A stretch of 64,000 nt of DNA from Octopus vulgaris (taxonomy: Eukaryota): NCBI GenBank assembly GCA_951406725.2, contig OX597830.1, forward strand, positions 77,190,001 to 77,254,000. Direction: 5' to 3'. The position numbers and the translations under genes are program-made. Under the pieces are notes generated by a model. It did not search any database. It worked only from the letters and a program-made list of their open reading frames with translations, and was not told the origin of the DNA. Every line of letters begins with the position of its first letter. Position 1 is the stretch's first letter. Shown here piece by piece: positions 44,590 to 57,417 of the stretch.

Positions 44590-45501
44590 TGATGGTGATG
44601 GTAATGGCAGCAGCGGCGACGGTGGGGGGGTGATGGTGATGATGACGATGATGACGGTGAAGATGATAACGGTGAACATGATGATGATGATGGTGGTGAT
44701 GGTGGTGGTGGTGGTGATGGTGGCGGCGGCGGTGGGGTGATGATGGTGAAGATGATGACGATGATGATAATGATGGTGGTGATGGTGGTGGTGGCGGCGA
44801 CGGCGGCGGTGGTGGGAGTGATGATGATGATGATGATGACGATGATGACGGTGAAGATGATGGTGAAGATGATGGTGATGATGTTGTTGATGAATGATGA
44901 TGATAATGATGATGATGATGGTGGTGATGATGATGATGATGATGAGGAGGAGGAGGAGGAGGGGGAGGAAGCATGTTGCTGGTACTGCTGTTGCTGCTAC
45001 TAATGATGATGATGATGATGGTGATGATAACACGCGTATCTCAGATCGGTTCGGAACAGGAGCAAAACATCGACAACAACAGCAACAACAAAATCAGAGA
45101 AGATGTTCGAACTTCATCTCTTCATTGTTTGTGGTGAATTATTATTTCTTAATCTGGTTTCCATATGCCTTCGCAAGTATATCCTAGGATTCATTACAAG
45201 AATAGTCAATCGTCCCCAATACTTTGTTATATCGGGCTTCTAAACATAAGCGGTAAATTCGATCTCGATAAGTTTTGGTAGGCTTTTCTTGAGAATTGTT
45301 AATGCAAGTAAATAATAATAATATAATAGCATAATAGTATTTTAGATGTACTTCATATGTGAATGGAGTTGTTCCAAGTTAATTCCCTTGACTTTAGCTC
45401 TTCTTTTAACAAATGTGTAGCCTTAATGAAGGGTAAACGAAGCAATCAATCTTTTAAACTGTGCCAACTGTTCGTAACGTTGTCAGTAATTCAATGTCTG
45501 C

Positions 45502-45534
<33 letters not shown>

Positions 45535-45548
45535 TGTATGTATGTATG

Positions 45549-45606
<58 letters not shown>

Positions 45607-45722
45607 TATGTGTGCGTGTGTGTGTGTATGTATGTATGTGTATATATATATATATATATAAATGTGCGTGTGTGCGCGCGCCTATGAATATATATGCATA
45701 TATAAATATATGCATATGCATA

Positions 45723-45775
<53 letters not shown>

Positions 45776-45808
45776 ATATATATGTAAATATATATATGCG
45801 TATATATA

Positions 45809-46205
45809 GGCGCAGGAGTGGCTGTGTGGTAAGTAGCTTGCTTACCAGCCACATGGTTCCGGATTCAGTGTCTTCTGCTATAGCCCCGGGCCGACCAATG
45901 CCTTGTGAGTGGATTTGGTAGACGGAAACTGAAAGAAGCCTGTCGTATATATCTATATACATATATGTGTGTGTGTGTATCTGTGTGTGTGTGTGTGTGT
46001 GTTTGTGTGTCTGTGTTTGTCCCCCTAGCATTGCTTGACAACCGATGCTGGTGTGTTTACGTCCCCGTAAATTAGCGGTTCGGCAAAAGAGACCGATAGA
46101 ATAAGTACTGGGCTTACAAAGAATAAGTCCCGGGGTCGATTTGCTCGACTAAAGGCGGTGCTCCAGCATGGCCGCAGTCAAATGACTGAAACGAGTAAAA
46201 AAGAG
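45809..46205 (+). mobile_element. SINE family A copy (others at ~48680-49070 and ~55850-56190)
   Basis: Same head, body and tail sequence. Confidence 0.85.
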
Positions 46206-46256
46206 AGAGAGAGATTTATATTTAAATATGTATGTATGTATCTGTATGTAAATATG

Positions 46257-46328
<72 letters not shown>

Positions 46329-46365
46329 GGGCGTGCGTGTGTATGTGTGTAATGAGGCAATAGAA

Positions 46366-46571
46366 CCAGGGCAGTGTGAAATTTCTAGGACATTTATAAA
46401 GAGAAAGGAAGTTTTACAGCTGTTTCAGGGATATAAAACAAATCCCATCATCAGAGACTGTATGAGAGAGTCAAACATAAGGAAATAGTAGGAAATGATG
46501 GTATATCTCTGCAACAGCAGTAAGACTATCTTTCTCTTTATAAATGTCCCAGAAATTTCACACTGCCTTGG
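46366..46571. repeat. Fold-back repeat (Penelope-type tail)
   Basis: Arms ~46366-46435 and ~46502-46571. Confidence 0.75.
46410..46459 (-). ncRNA. Minimal type I hammerhead ribozyme in a fold-back repeat
   Basis: Minus strand: agtct-CTGATGA-tgggat(ttgttttat)atccct-GAAAC-agct-GTA-aaact. The inverted partner arm reads gtaagact, which restores stem I. Confidence 0.78.
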
Positions 46572-47068
46572 CTTTATTTTCTTATTTTATTTAACATATA
46601 CACGCTTACACACAACCTGCATTAGATCCCTCACTCATAATTTCATCGAACTGGAGTCTAACTGCTGTCTTTTTGTAGCACTCACATAGCCTTACCTGCA
46701 TTTTGGATCTTCTGGATGCCAAAACCTCTCATATGTAAATATAGATATATATATATAAGGGCAGGAGCCACTTGCTTAACAACCACGTAATTGCGGGTTC
46801 AATCCCACTGCGTGGAACCTTGGGCAAGAGTCTTCTACTATAGCTTCAGGCTAACCAAGAATAATATAATACACACATACACACACACATATGTAAATAC
46901 ATACATACGTACATATATGCTTATATGTAAGTATGCATGCATATATGTAATTACATGTGTGTGTAAAGATGGTATTGTAGGGTGCGTTTTGTAATATCAA
47001 TACTTATAATACCACAAATTAAGACATCTAACTCGATTCGGAGCAAAGTTCAAGATAGAATGAGAATG

Positions 47069-47152
<84 letters not shown>

Positions 47153-47157
<5 letters not shown>

Positions 47158-47280
47158 TAAGGAATGGCCATAATAGGACATTCGACTCACTAGAAAGAGC
47201 AGCCAAACTCAAACCACGTTTTGAGTTTGGCTGCTCTTTCTAGTGAGTCGAATGTCCTATTATGGCCATTCCTTATATTT
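47153..47280. repeat. Perfect palindrome, 61-bp arms with 6-nt loop
   Basis: aaatataaggaatggcc...ctcaaa-ccacgt-tttgag...ggccattccttatattt next to (TA)n. Confidence 0.9.
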
Positions 47281-47540
47281 TTGAATGTATATTATATAGT
47301 CTTTGACTATATTTCCTCTCTCACTGGACCGCTGGTAGCGGGGAATTTTTTCTAGAATTTTTTGCTACCCTTATATTTATTAATTAATCTGGCCGGATCG
47401 GAGCGATCTCAAGATTAATCAGCCGATATTGCTAGGATGATCCGGTTCTTGACTGAAGACTGAAGGCTTCGAATGTCCCGTCCGTGTTTTTTTGTATCGT
47501 CTTCTAAATGTTTTACGTTCTTGTCCCAGTTTGTATTTTT

Positions 47541-47592
<52 letters not shown>

Positions 47593-48153
47593 TTATTCTT
47601 GGATTCTCTTCTGGGAATACATTTGTCTATTTATACAGTAAAATATCTCTATGAATATTTTAACAAAATAACCATCTCGATACAATGACAATCGTAATAG
47701 TTTCTCAAATGCATTTTCTAATTATCTTTATTCTTGGTTTCAATAAAAATATCAAGAATAATAAGAATGATAATGAAAATAACATATGCACTTCATACAC
47801 ACACACACACATACACACACACACAGACACACACACACACACTCACATATATATACACGTTTGGGTCTAGATATTGGCTTTACTAGGCTTTCTGTTTTTT
47901 CTAGGTTTTAATTCTGCTGCGGTGGCGAGTGTATTTTTAACAGTGCATGAATATTGAGCTTCATGTTGCTTCAGCTTCAAAAAAAAGAATATCTTTCTAC
48001 ACCGAATTTTGTTGTAGCAATTAATCTTCCAGGACAGCCCGCTGTTCTTACGGCTGCTTTCCTTGAGCAGAACACAGGAATTGTCCTCAATGCATTAAGT
48101 TGGTAATTTAATTAACAGCCAGTTCAACAGACAATATTTAATACAACCACACG

Positions 48154-48218
<65 letters not shown>

Positions 48219-48352
48219 ATACATACACATATACACATACAGATATAAACACGCGCACAAATACTCGAATGCAAAGACATGCTCACTTACATGTCACACA
48301 TATTATACACATATCTTACACACATGCAAACACAAACACACACACATATATA

Positions 48353-48406
<54 letters not shown>

Positions 48407-48638
48407 CATTTATATTTTTTCTTTTATTTGTTTCAGTCATTTGACCTCGGCCATGCTGGTGCACCACCTTTATTCGAACACATCGATCTCAGGACTTATT
48501 CTTTGTAAGCCTAGTACTTATTGTATCGGACTTTTTAGCCGAACCGCTAAGTTACGGGTACGTAAACACACCAACATCAGTTGTCATGCCATGGTGGGTG
48601 GGGACAAATACAGATACACAAACGCCACGCGCGCACAG

Positions 48639-48679
<41 letters not shown>

Positions 48680-49439
48680 GTAGAAGGAGTGGTTGTGTGG
48701 TAAATAGCTTGCTTACCAATCACATGGTTCCGGGCCCTGTCCACTGCATGGCACTTTGGGAAAGTGTCTCCTACTCTAGCTGCGGGACGACCAAAGTCTT
48801 GTGAGTGGATTTGGTAGGCGGAAACTGAAAGAATCTCGTCATATATATATATGTGTGTGTATATATTTGTTTGTTGGTGTTTGTTCCCCCACCATCGCTT
48901 GACAACTGGTATTGGTGGATCTACGTCCCCGTAACTTAGCGGTTCTGCAAAAGAGACTATATAATAAGTACTAGACTTAGAAAGAATAAGTCCTGGGGTC
49001 GATTTCTTCGGCTAAAGGGGGTGCTCTAGCATGGCCACAGTCAAATGACCGAAAAAATATAAGAATAAAAGAATATATATATATATGTTTGTGCATGTAT
49101 TGATGTATATAATAATATTATATTCATACATACATTCATACGTACGTACATACATACATATATACATACAAGGTAGTATCATATAGTTTCCGGGCTATCA
49201 TTGCAGACTTCCTATGGTAAACGCAAAATTTCACGTGGCCTCTTTGTACGTGGCCATGAAAAAGTCATAGACCACAGCATACACGTGATGACACAAACAC
49301 AAATTTCCGAACTTGTGAAGTAAACAGTGATGTCACTCGGCCCTCTGCTTTATGCTATTTGTCTGAAAAGGCCACAATTGCCTGCCGTCCGGTGACTGGT
49401 AATTACAGTTCGACAACGCATCTGTCCATTCCGCACATT

Positions 49440-49660
49440 TTACACAGCAGTCTTTGGCTAAGCACAGCTTTCCTCAGGTCCGACAGCCACCTTATTCCCC
49501 AGATGTTGTCCGTTGCAACGTTTTCCTCTTTCCATATGTGACAAGGCAGCTGCTGATTATCCCAGAAAACGAGTTCCAGGAATGTTTCCATCAATGGAAA
49601 CCGCGCTGGATTATGTGTGTGGCCTCCGAAAGGCACTGCTTTGAAGGAGAAGGAAAATGC
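49440..49660 (+). pseudogene. Mariner transposase C-terminal relic
   Basis: QPPYSPDV..NVFLFP and FQECFHQWKPRW..CVASE..FEG in ORF 49454-49948. Confidence 0.7.
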
Positions 49661-50167
49661 ACACAAACCAACTTCATTTGTGCTTCTGTGAATCCAATTT
49701 ATATAATAACCAGCTCGGGTTGTGGACATAACTATATACGACAGACAAGTATGACATTGAGAAGGAGAACGGCACTACATAAGGAAAATTTCCGGTTCCT
49801 GCAATACAGACAGATTCCTTTCAGTGAATACATAGAGAGATATGCAGGTAATATCCAACCAAGCTTCACAGTCTTTCCCATCTTCCGTTTAAATAAAGAA
49901 AATTTGTCCATCGAAAAATACAGAGCACGTCTAAATATGAACACATAACCAATTTTATTCCCAGTATATATTTTGATTTATGTTCACATATCCATTACTG
50001 TACATATTTCATCTCAACACTTTAGCTTCTGAGTTTTCGTATATATATTTATCCCCTCCCGGGAAGATGACCAATAATAATAACCAACACCAATTACCTC
50101 TCCTGAGATTTTTCTACATGTTGAATCAATCGTTCACAAACTTCTCCACACACAACATATGTGTATA

Positions 50168-50254
<87 letters not shown>

Positions 50255-50257
50255 TTG

Positions 50258-52437
50258 TCAACAGCTGTTCAACGAGAATGGTACTATTTTTACACCACAA
50301 ACCGTCCGCAACCGTTTGATAAAATTTGGACTACATGGATGAATCGCTAGGAAAAAGCTAATAATAACCGAACGAAATCGGCTAAAACGCCTTAATTTCG
50401 CAAAAAGCCATGCTCGTCACCAACTACAGGGGTATATCTCTAATGTCAATTGCTGCAAAACTGTACAACAAACTGATCCTAAATCGTCTTGTCCTTTTTG
50501 TTGAACCTCTGCTCCGAAAGAACCAAAATGGATTCAGACATGGGAGCTCAACGCTGAGCCAGATACTATGCCTACGCAGACTTATTGAAGAATCAAAAGC
50601 ATTTAATCGCGATCTTGCAATGGTATTTGTAGACTTTTCTAAAGCGTTCGATTCTGTAGATAGGTACAAGATGTTTGAAATCCTTAAGCTCTATGGGATA
50701 CCAGACAAAATCATTTCTGCCATCAAGGTCCTCTACACAGATACGTCTTCAACCATCTTAACCCCTGACGGAGAAACATCATCTTTCTCAATCAAAGCCG
50801 GAATACTGCAGGGAGACACACTCGCCCCATTTCTTTTCATCATTGTTGTTGATTATGTGCTACGTATGTCAGTTGATACCATCTCTGGCAAGGGCTTTGA
50901 AATAAAACCAAGAAGTTCCAGACACCCAGCTGAGCACTTGACAGACACTGACTTTGCTGACGACATCGCTCTTATCAGTGATTCTCTCTCCAATGCCCAG
51001 TCTCTTTTACAATCTCTTGAACAAGCCTCAAATTGTGTAGGTCTTTACCTCAATGAGGCCAAAACTGAATACATAAACAAGTGCCTGTCCAACAGTGATT
51101 GCATCATCCATACTCTCAACAACGCGCCCTTAAATATGGTTTCTGATTATAAATATCTTGGGTCATACATATCATCATCTGGAAAAGACTTTCTAACTAG
51201 AAAGGGTATGGCCTGGTCAGCCTGTAATGACATGCATAAGATCTGGTCATCAAATCTAAGTAGAGACTTCAAACTTGAAATATTCAAAGCCACAGTCGAA
51301 CCAATTCTACTATATGGCTCAGAAACCAGGACGTTATCAAAGAAGCTTGAGAGGCGGTTGGATGGAACCTACACTCACTCCTTATGAGAGCTCAAAATCT
51401 CTCGTGGAAGCGCCATCCAACCAAAATGCAAATATATGGGAAACTACCACCTGTGTCATCTCTTGTGAAAGGTAGGAGAGTCCAGTTTGCTGGACATTGT
51501 TGTAGAGCTGAAAAAGAAGTAATTTCTACTCTTCTCTTCTGGAAGCCATCTACTCGCAATACCAGAGGGCACACACTCTCCTACCCTGATGTAATCTCCA
51601 GGGATACAGGCATCCAGCAACAGGACCTCCGTAATGCCATGATGGACTGTGAAGTCTGGCGTAGCATGGTAAATTCCATTGTCTCGACCACGGTCGAACA
51701 ATGATGATGATGATTGGAGTGACGAGTCACGCTTCTGTATATTTGGATAAGATGGTAAAACATACGGCAGACGTCACCCACCCGAGGAATTCCATCCAAA
51801 ATGCGTGAAAAAGAGGCGCAAGGGGTGTGTGGGGGTATGATGATGTAGGTGGCATTTCTTACAGCAGGACAATAGTCTTGTGCACAAAGCCAAAAAGGTT
51901 ATGGAACTTTTCATCACAATAATATTGACGTAATCGAATGGCGTCCCCAGAGCCCGGACCTAAATCCGATCGAGAACTTGTGGAATTATATTTCCAAAAA
52001 ACTCCATGCTAAAAGAATATATAATCAAAAATCGATTATATCAATGAAATATGACAAGACATTCCCATAGAATTTTGACAATTAGCGAATTCAATGCCGA
52101 GGCGTTGTTCAGCCGTTATTAAGACTAAAGGCTACGGCACAAAGTGCCATGTATTTCGTTCTTGTTGCTCATTTTTTGCTACAATCTTATGCTTTAAATA
52201 AAATTATAATGATACGGTCTTAAATTAATTTTACCGGTAAATTTGAAACGTTTATATTGATTTTGCATTATAATTCTTCAATCTTTATAAAATAGTTATC
52301 GTCTGCATGATTCGAAAGAGAAATAAATTCTGCATAAGGTGTAAAAGATAAAGATGATTTGTATGGTGTTAGTAACAAAATATTTTGTAAGAAACAGAAC
52401 TTTTATAATCGGTCTTAAATTTATTTTCGCCAGTGTA
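50258..52437 (+). mobile_element. Decayed Tc1-like transposon interrupted by the RTE insertion
   Basis: TVRNRLIKFGLHG*IARKK..RLNFAK before the LINE; WSDESRF (~51715) and WRPQSPDLNPIENLW (~51938) after it; probable terminus ...ttcgccagtgTA. Confidence 0.8.
50415..51712 (+). mobile_element. 5'-truncated RTE-type non-LTR retrotransposon (RT domain, frameshift near 51380, (TGA)n tail)
   Basis: NYRGISLMS, QNGFR, FVDFSKAFDSV, GILQGDTLAP, FADDIAL and YKYLGS in ORF 50410-51387, continued in ORF 51384-51704; short tga-repeat tail. Confidence 0.9.
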
Positions 52438-52458
52438 ACTTACATGAACGAATATCTA

Positions 52459-52506
<48 letters not shown>

Positions 52507-52556
52507 GTATGTATGCATGTATTAACGCATGTATATATGTGTGTGTATGCAGTCGT

Positions 52557-52635
<79 letters not shown>

Positions 52636-53011
52636 CATATATATATGTATATTAATGCATATATATTTATGTGTAGATATGGATATGCATACGTATATTA
52701 TTATACGTATATGAATGCGTGTGTTTGTGTGTTCGAGTGTGTGCGTGTATGTGTGCATATGTGTGCGTGCATGCGAGTTTCAGCATGCATTTGTACGCGT
52801 GCTTTGTACATGAGTGTCTTCGTGTCAGTGCAATTTGACATTATTCAAATTTTTTAATATAGTTTACATGTTGGTTCTAATTCGAAGCGAATACATCTGC
52901 AATAGTTTATTTCGAGGAGCGTCACCTTTGACACCTGCTTTGGCACGTAAAGGTCATCGGTGAGACTGTGGAAGGAACAAAGAAAGTTGACTGATGTAAA
53001 ATAACTACAAG

Positions 53012-53078
<67 letters not shown>

Positions 53079-54286
53079 TGATAATAATAATGAGGCCCAA
53101 TTAATATCCAAGATTGTGTATCGAATGTTTGAGCGATGTTACCAACAATAGGAATGAGGGAAAGGATAAATAACTGATTGATATTGGACTGAGAGGGTAT
53201 TCAGTAATGATGAAGAAAAGAAAAGAAAACAGATGAAGAGGAAGAAGAAGAAAAATATGTAGAACGGGTGGAGGAGGTGGAGGTGGAGAAGGAAGAAAAA
53301 CGGGTGGAAGAAGAAAGAATAAAAGCTTAAAAAATGTAAGGCAGGAGACGAAAAACCGAATGAATGAAAGAGACAAATGAACAATTGTATAAATGCAACC
53401 GATGATGGTGAGGAGAACGAGGAAGTGGAATTAGATGAAGGGAACGACGAGGAGGAGGAGGAGGAGGAACAAGCAGATCATCAGGATTACGGTGAGGACA
53501 AGAACGATGATAGTGTTGATATTTGATGACCATGGTGATGACGATGACGATGATGATGATGATGGCCACGACGACGATGATGACGACAACGACGATCACA
53601 ATCACGACCAAGACTACGACCACGGCCACAATGCTGCTGCTGCTGATGATGATGATGAGGACGATGATGATAACGATTATGATGATGATGAAGGTAGTGA
53701 GGATGATGATAGCCGTAAGAGCAAGCAAACGAAGTCAAGGTTGACAAAGGCGACAGGTGAGTTGATAAAGAAATTTTCTATGAAGAGGATAAGAATGATG
53801 ATGATGATGATGACGAAAACGACGACGACTACCACTACCATCCCACCACCACCACCATCATCATGGTGATGATGACGATGATGATGACGATGATGATGAC
53901 TATGACGAAGATGGTGATGATGATGACCGAAGTGAAGAAACGTAATAGAGAAAATGAAGAAGTAGACAAAGAAGAAGAAGAAAAAAAGGAGAGGAAGAAG
54001 AGGAGGAGGATAAGGAAATGGAGGAGGCGGAGGGGAGGAAAAGAAGGTGGAAACGGAGAAGAAAGAAGAGAGAAGAAAAAGAAAGAAGAAGAAGAAGAAG
54101 AAGAAGAAAAAGAAGAAGAAAAAGAAGAAGAAGAAGAAGAGGAAGAAGAAGAGGAAGAAGAAGAGGAAGAAGAAGAAAAAGAAAGAAGAAGAAGATGCAA
54201 ATCTGAATGGAGTCATATCCGACATGACACAAGAAAGAAATCAAAGCGAATGAAAATAAAAGAAACAAAATCGTGGAAAGGAAAGG

Positions 54287-54345
<59 letters not shown>

Positions 54346-54484
54346 CTGGGTGAGATGTGGAGAGGGTGAGATGAGGAAAAATGGCCAAAATGAAATACTA
54401 AATAAACTAGAAGAAAAATACGTTGGTATATAAAAAATAACTAAATCAAAGACACCACAAAAAGTTTCCTCCCCCCATAATAAC

Positions 54485-54519
<35 letters not shown>

Positions 54520-55665
54520 AAAAAGAAAACTCGCAAAATCATGACAAAAAATATAACAACGAAAATTAACAGCAGCAACAACAGAAAGAATGACAACAAT
54601 AACAACAACAACAACAACAACAACAACAATAACAAGATGAAATCACAAGCTGCTTCTTTCAGCCAAGCCCCCCGTTCGAACGTGGACAGTTGCTGCTCAC
54701 GACTGATGAAGACAAATGACTATAATTTAGATGACTTTCACCTCTAGCTAAATAGCCCGCCTAATTTACAATCCCCACTACCACCCCCAATCTAACGCCA
54801 CTACCCATGAGACACACCAACACACACACACGCACACACACACACACGCATACACAAACATGTACACACAAAATCACACAAACACACACACACACAGTCA
54901 CAAAGGCATACACACACACATAATACAAAGTTTCCCGCCACCTATGTAATGTAGCAATCGCCGACAACTCCCATCACCTACAGCGCCACCATGGTCATCG
55001 ACTTAATAACTGCCATCCCCACCACCACCATCACCACCATCACCACCACCACCACCAACAACAACAACATCAACAACAGCAATAGCAGCAGCAACGACGA
55101 CAACAATATTACAGTTTTTTTACCATGTACCATCTCTTCAGGGGCCCACGTTGCTAACCCCTACAATTGCCGCCACCACTACCACCACCACCAACACCGC
55201 TGCCACCACCAACACCGCTGCCACCACCAACACCGCTGCCACCACCACTACCACCAAAACTAAGCCCCACCACCACCGCTTCCACCACCGTCGCCTCCAC
55301 CATCTCCACCACCACAACCACCACCACTACTACCACCAGACCTGCTATAATATCGATGTCACAGCTGCCAACGCCAACTGCAACCTATTCCTATAACCAA
55401 TTTTACTGACAAAAAAAAACAGTAAAAATAAACAACTATAACATCCTACTGTCTGTAGCAATGCAATCACAATTATCACCACCACCACCGCATCAGCGAG
55501 ATCTAAGAACAATACGACCAACACCAACACCGACAATACTAACACCAGTGCCAATATCATTACTAATAACATACATACTTATATATATATATATGTGACC
55601 TCGTGTGTACAGTTGGCGATTTATTTTCCTCTGTCTTCCCTTCTCTGGATCTTTCCTTCTCCTAT

Positions 55666-55700
55666 GTTTCCGACGAAGAGCTCTGCTCGAAACGTTAAAC
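55666..55700 (+). ncRNA. Minimal hammerhead-like motif (U4C)
   Basis: gttt-CCGACGA-a-gagc(tct)gctc-GAAAC-GTT-aaac, within a short repeat (~55610-55800) ending in (TA)n. Confidence 0.6.
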
Positions 55701-55795
55701 CCTGCTTCTTCCCTTCTTTCCTGAGCGTCCAATAATACTATATTTGTTCCACGTCCTCGCGTTGTTATGTTTTTTTTGTGTTTTCTTGTTTGGAT

Positions 55796-55854
<59 letters not shown>

Positions 55855-56483
55855 TGGCACTTTGGTCAAGAGTATTTTACTATAACCTCGGGCCGGCCAA
55901 AGCCTTGTGAGTAAATTTGGAAAAACGGAAACTGAAAGAAGCCCGTCGTATATATGTACATGTGTGTATATGTGTGTGTGTGTGGGGATTGTGTGTCTGT
56001 GTGTCACCCCACCCTCACCCTAACCATCGCTTGACAACCGATGCTGGTGTGTTTACGGTTTGGCAAAAGAGCCCGATAAGATAAGTACTACGCTTACAAA
56101 GTATCAGTCCTGAGGTCGATTTGTTCGACTGAAGGTGGTACACCAGCATGGCCGCAGTCAAATAACTGAAACAAATGAAAGAATGAAAGAATATATATAT
56201 ATCATCATGATCATCATGATCATCATCATCACTTTGCATCCTTTGTCCATGCTCGTTAAATGACGATCATGATATATATATATATTGTCTTTTGTCTTCT
56301 TTCCTGGTGGTGTATGAACATTTAATGTGGCTTTAGAGTCAAGTTCTCGCTGCTATTTACAGCGGGGTGGTATCTCTTAGATACCCTAATTTATAATTTT
56401 AGTACTAATTATTACCTTTGAAGGTTTTTATTCCCATGCTGGCCACATGATAATATTGGTAATTAAATAACGATCTTAACCTT

Positions 56484-56541
<58 letters not shown>

Positions 56542-57417
56542 AACTAAAATCATTGAACAAGCAAATACAAAGTCAACCGCATGTCATTTCATGATTCGAA
56601 CATTTAATTATAGAATAAACATATAACCCGCAAGATGGAACAAAATTCATATGTACAGCACGTAATAATAATAATATGGTATGATGCGAGAAAAATTCTT
56701 ATCATTAAAACTTAGAATTAATCTTCTAGCGATTCGAAGAGAATACATTTATAAAAGGACTTAGAAAGTAAAATATAATATAAGTAATATATAAAAATAT
56801 ATAGGTATATAAAAATATAGGCATATAAAAATATATAAAACATATATAAATATATATACATATAGGAGTATATAAAAATATAATATATATATATATATCG
56901 TGTAAATAAAGTAAAATAAGGTTCATCGTTTAGAAATCTTAATCAGGTAAAATAAGCCTTATATATAAGAAGGAAATCATTTTTACTTATCCCTATGGCC
57001 ATTTCAGGGGTGTATTATGTTTAAAGCACTAGGGTGCATTCAGATACCACTTTGGTATTCATGCACGGATAGCCCAAAAGCCAAAGCAGTGAAGTTTTTT
57101 CTTTTAAATCAGTAGAGGAAGCGGTAAAAAAAAAAAAAAAATTTTCAAATCAAAATTAATTCCAATTAATTAAAATTGAACTAAATTGACTTAAAAAGAG
57201 CCTCCGTGGTTTCAAATCCTGCAAAACTTAAATACTTTTATTTTTCAATTTATTTACTTTCTATATACTCAAAAAGAATGGGTTTACTTAACTAAATTAA
57301 ACTGAATTAATTGGGTTAAAATTAAATTAAATTAAATTGAGCCTTCGAGGTTTCAAATCCTGCAATATCTAAATCAGTTTTTAAAATTTTTTTACAACTT
57401 ATCTTTTCGTAAATCCA

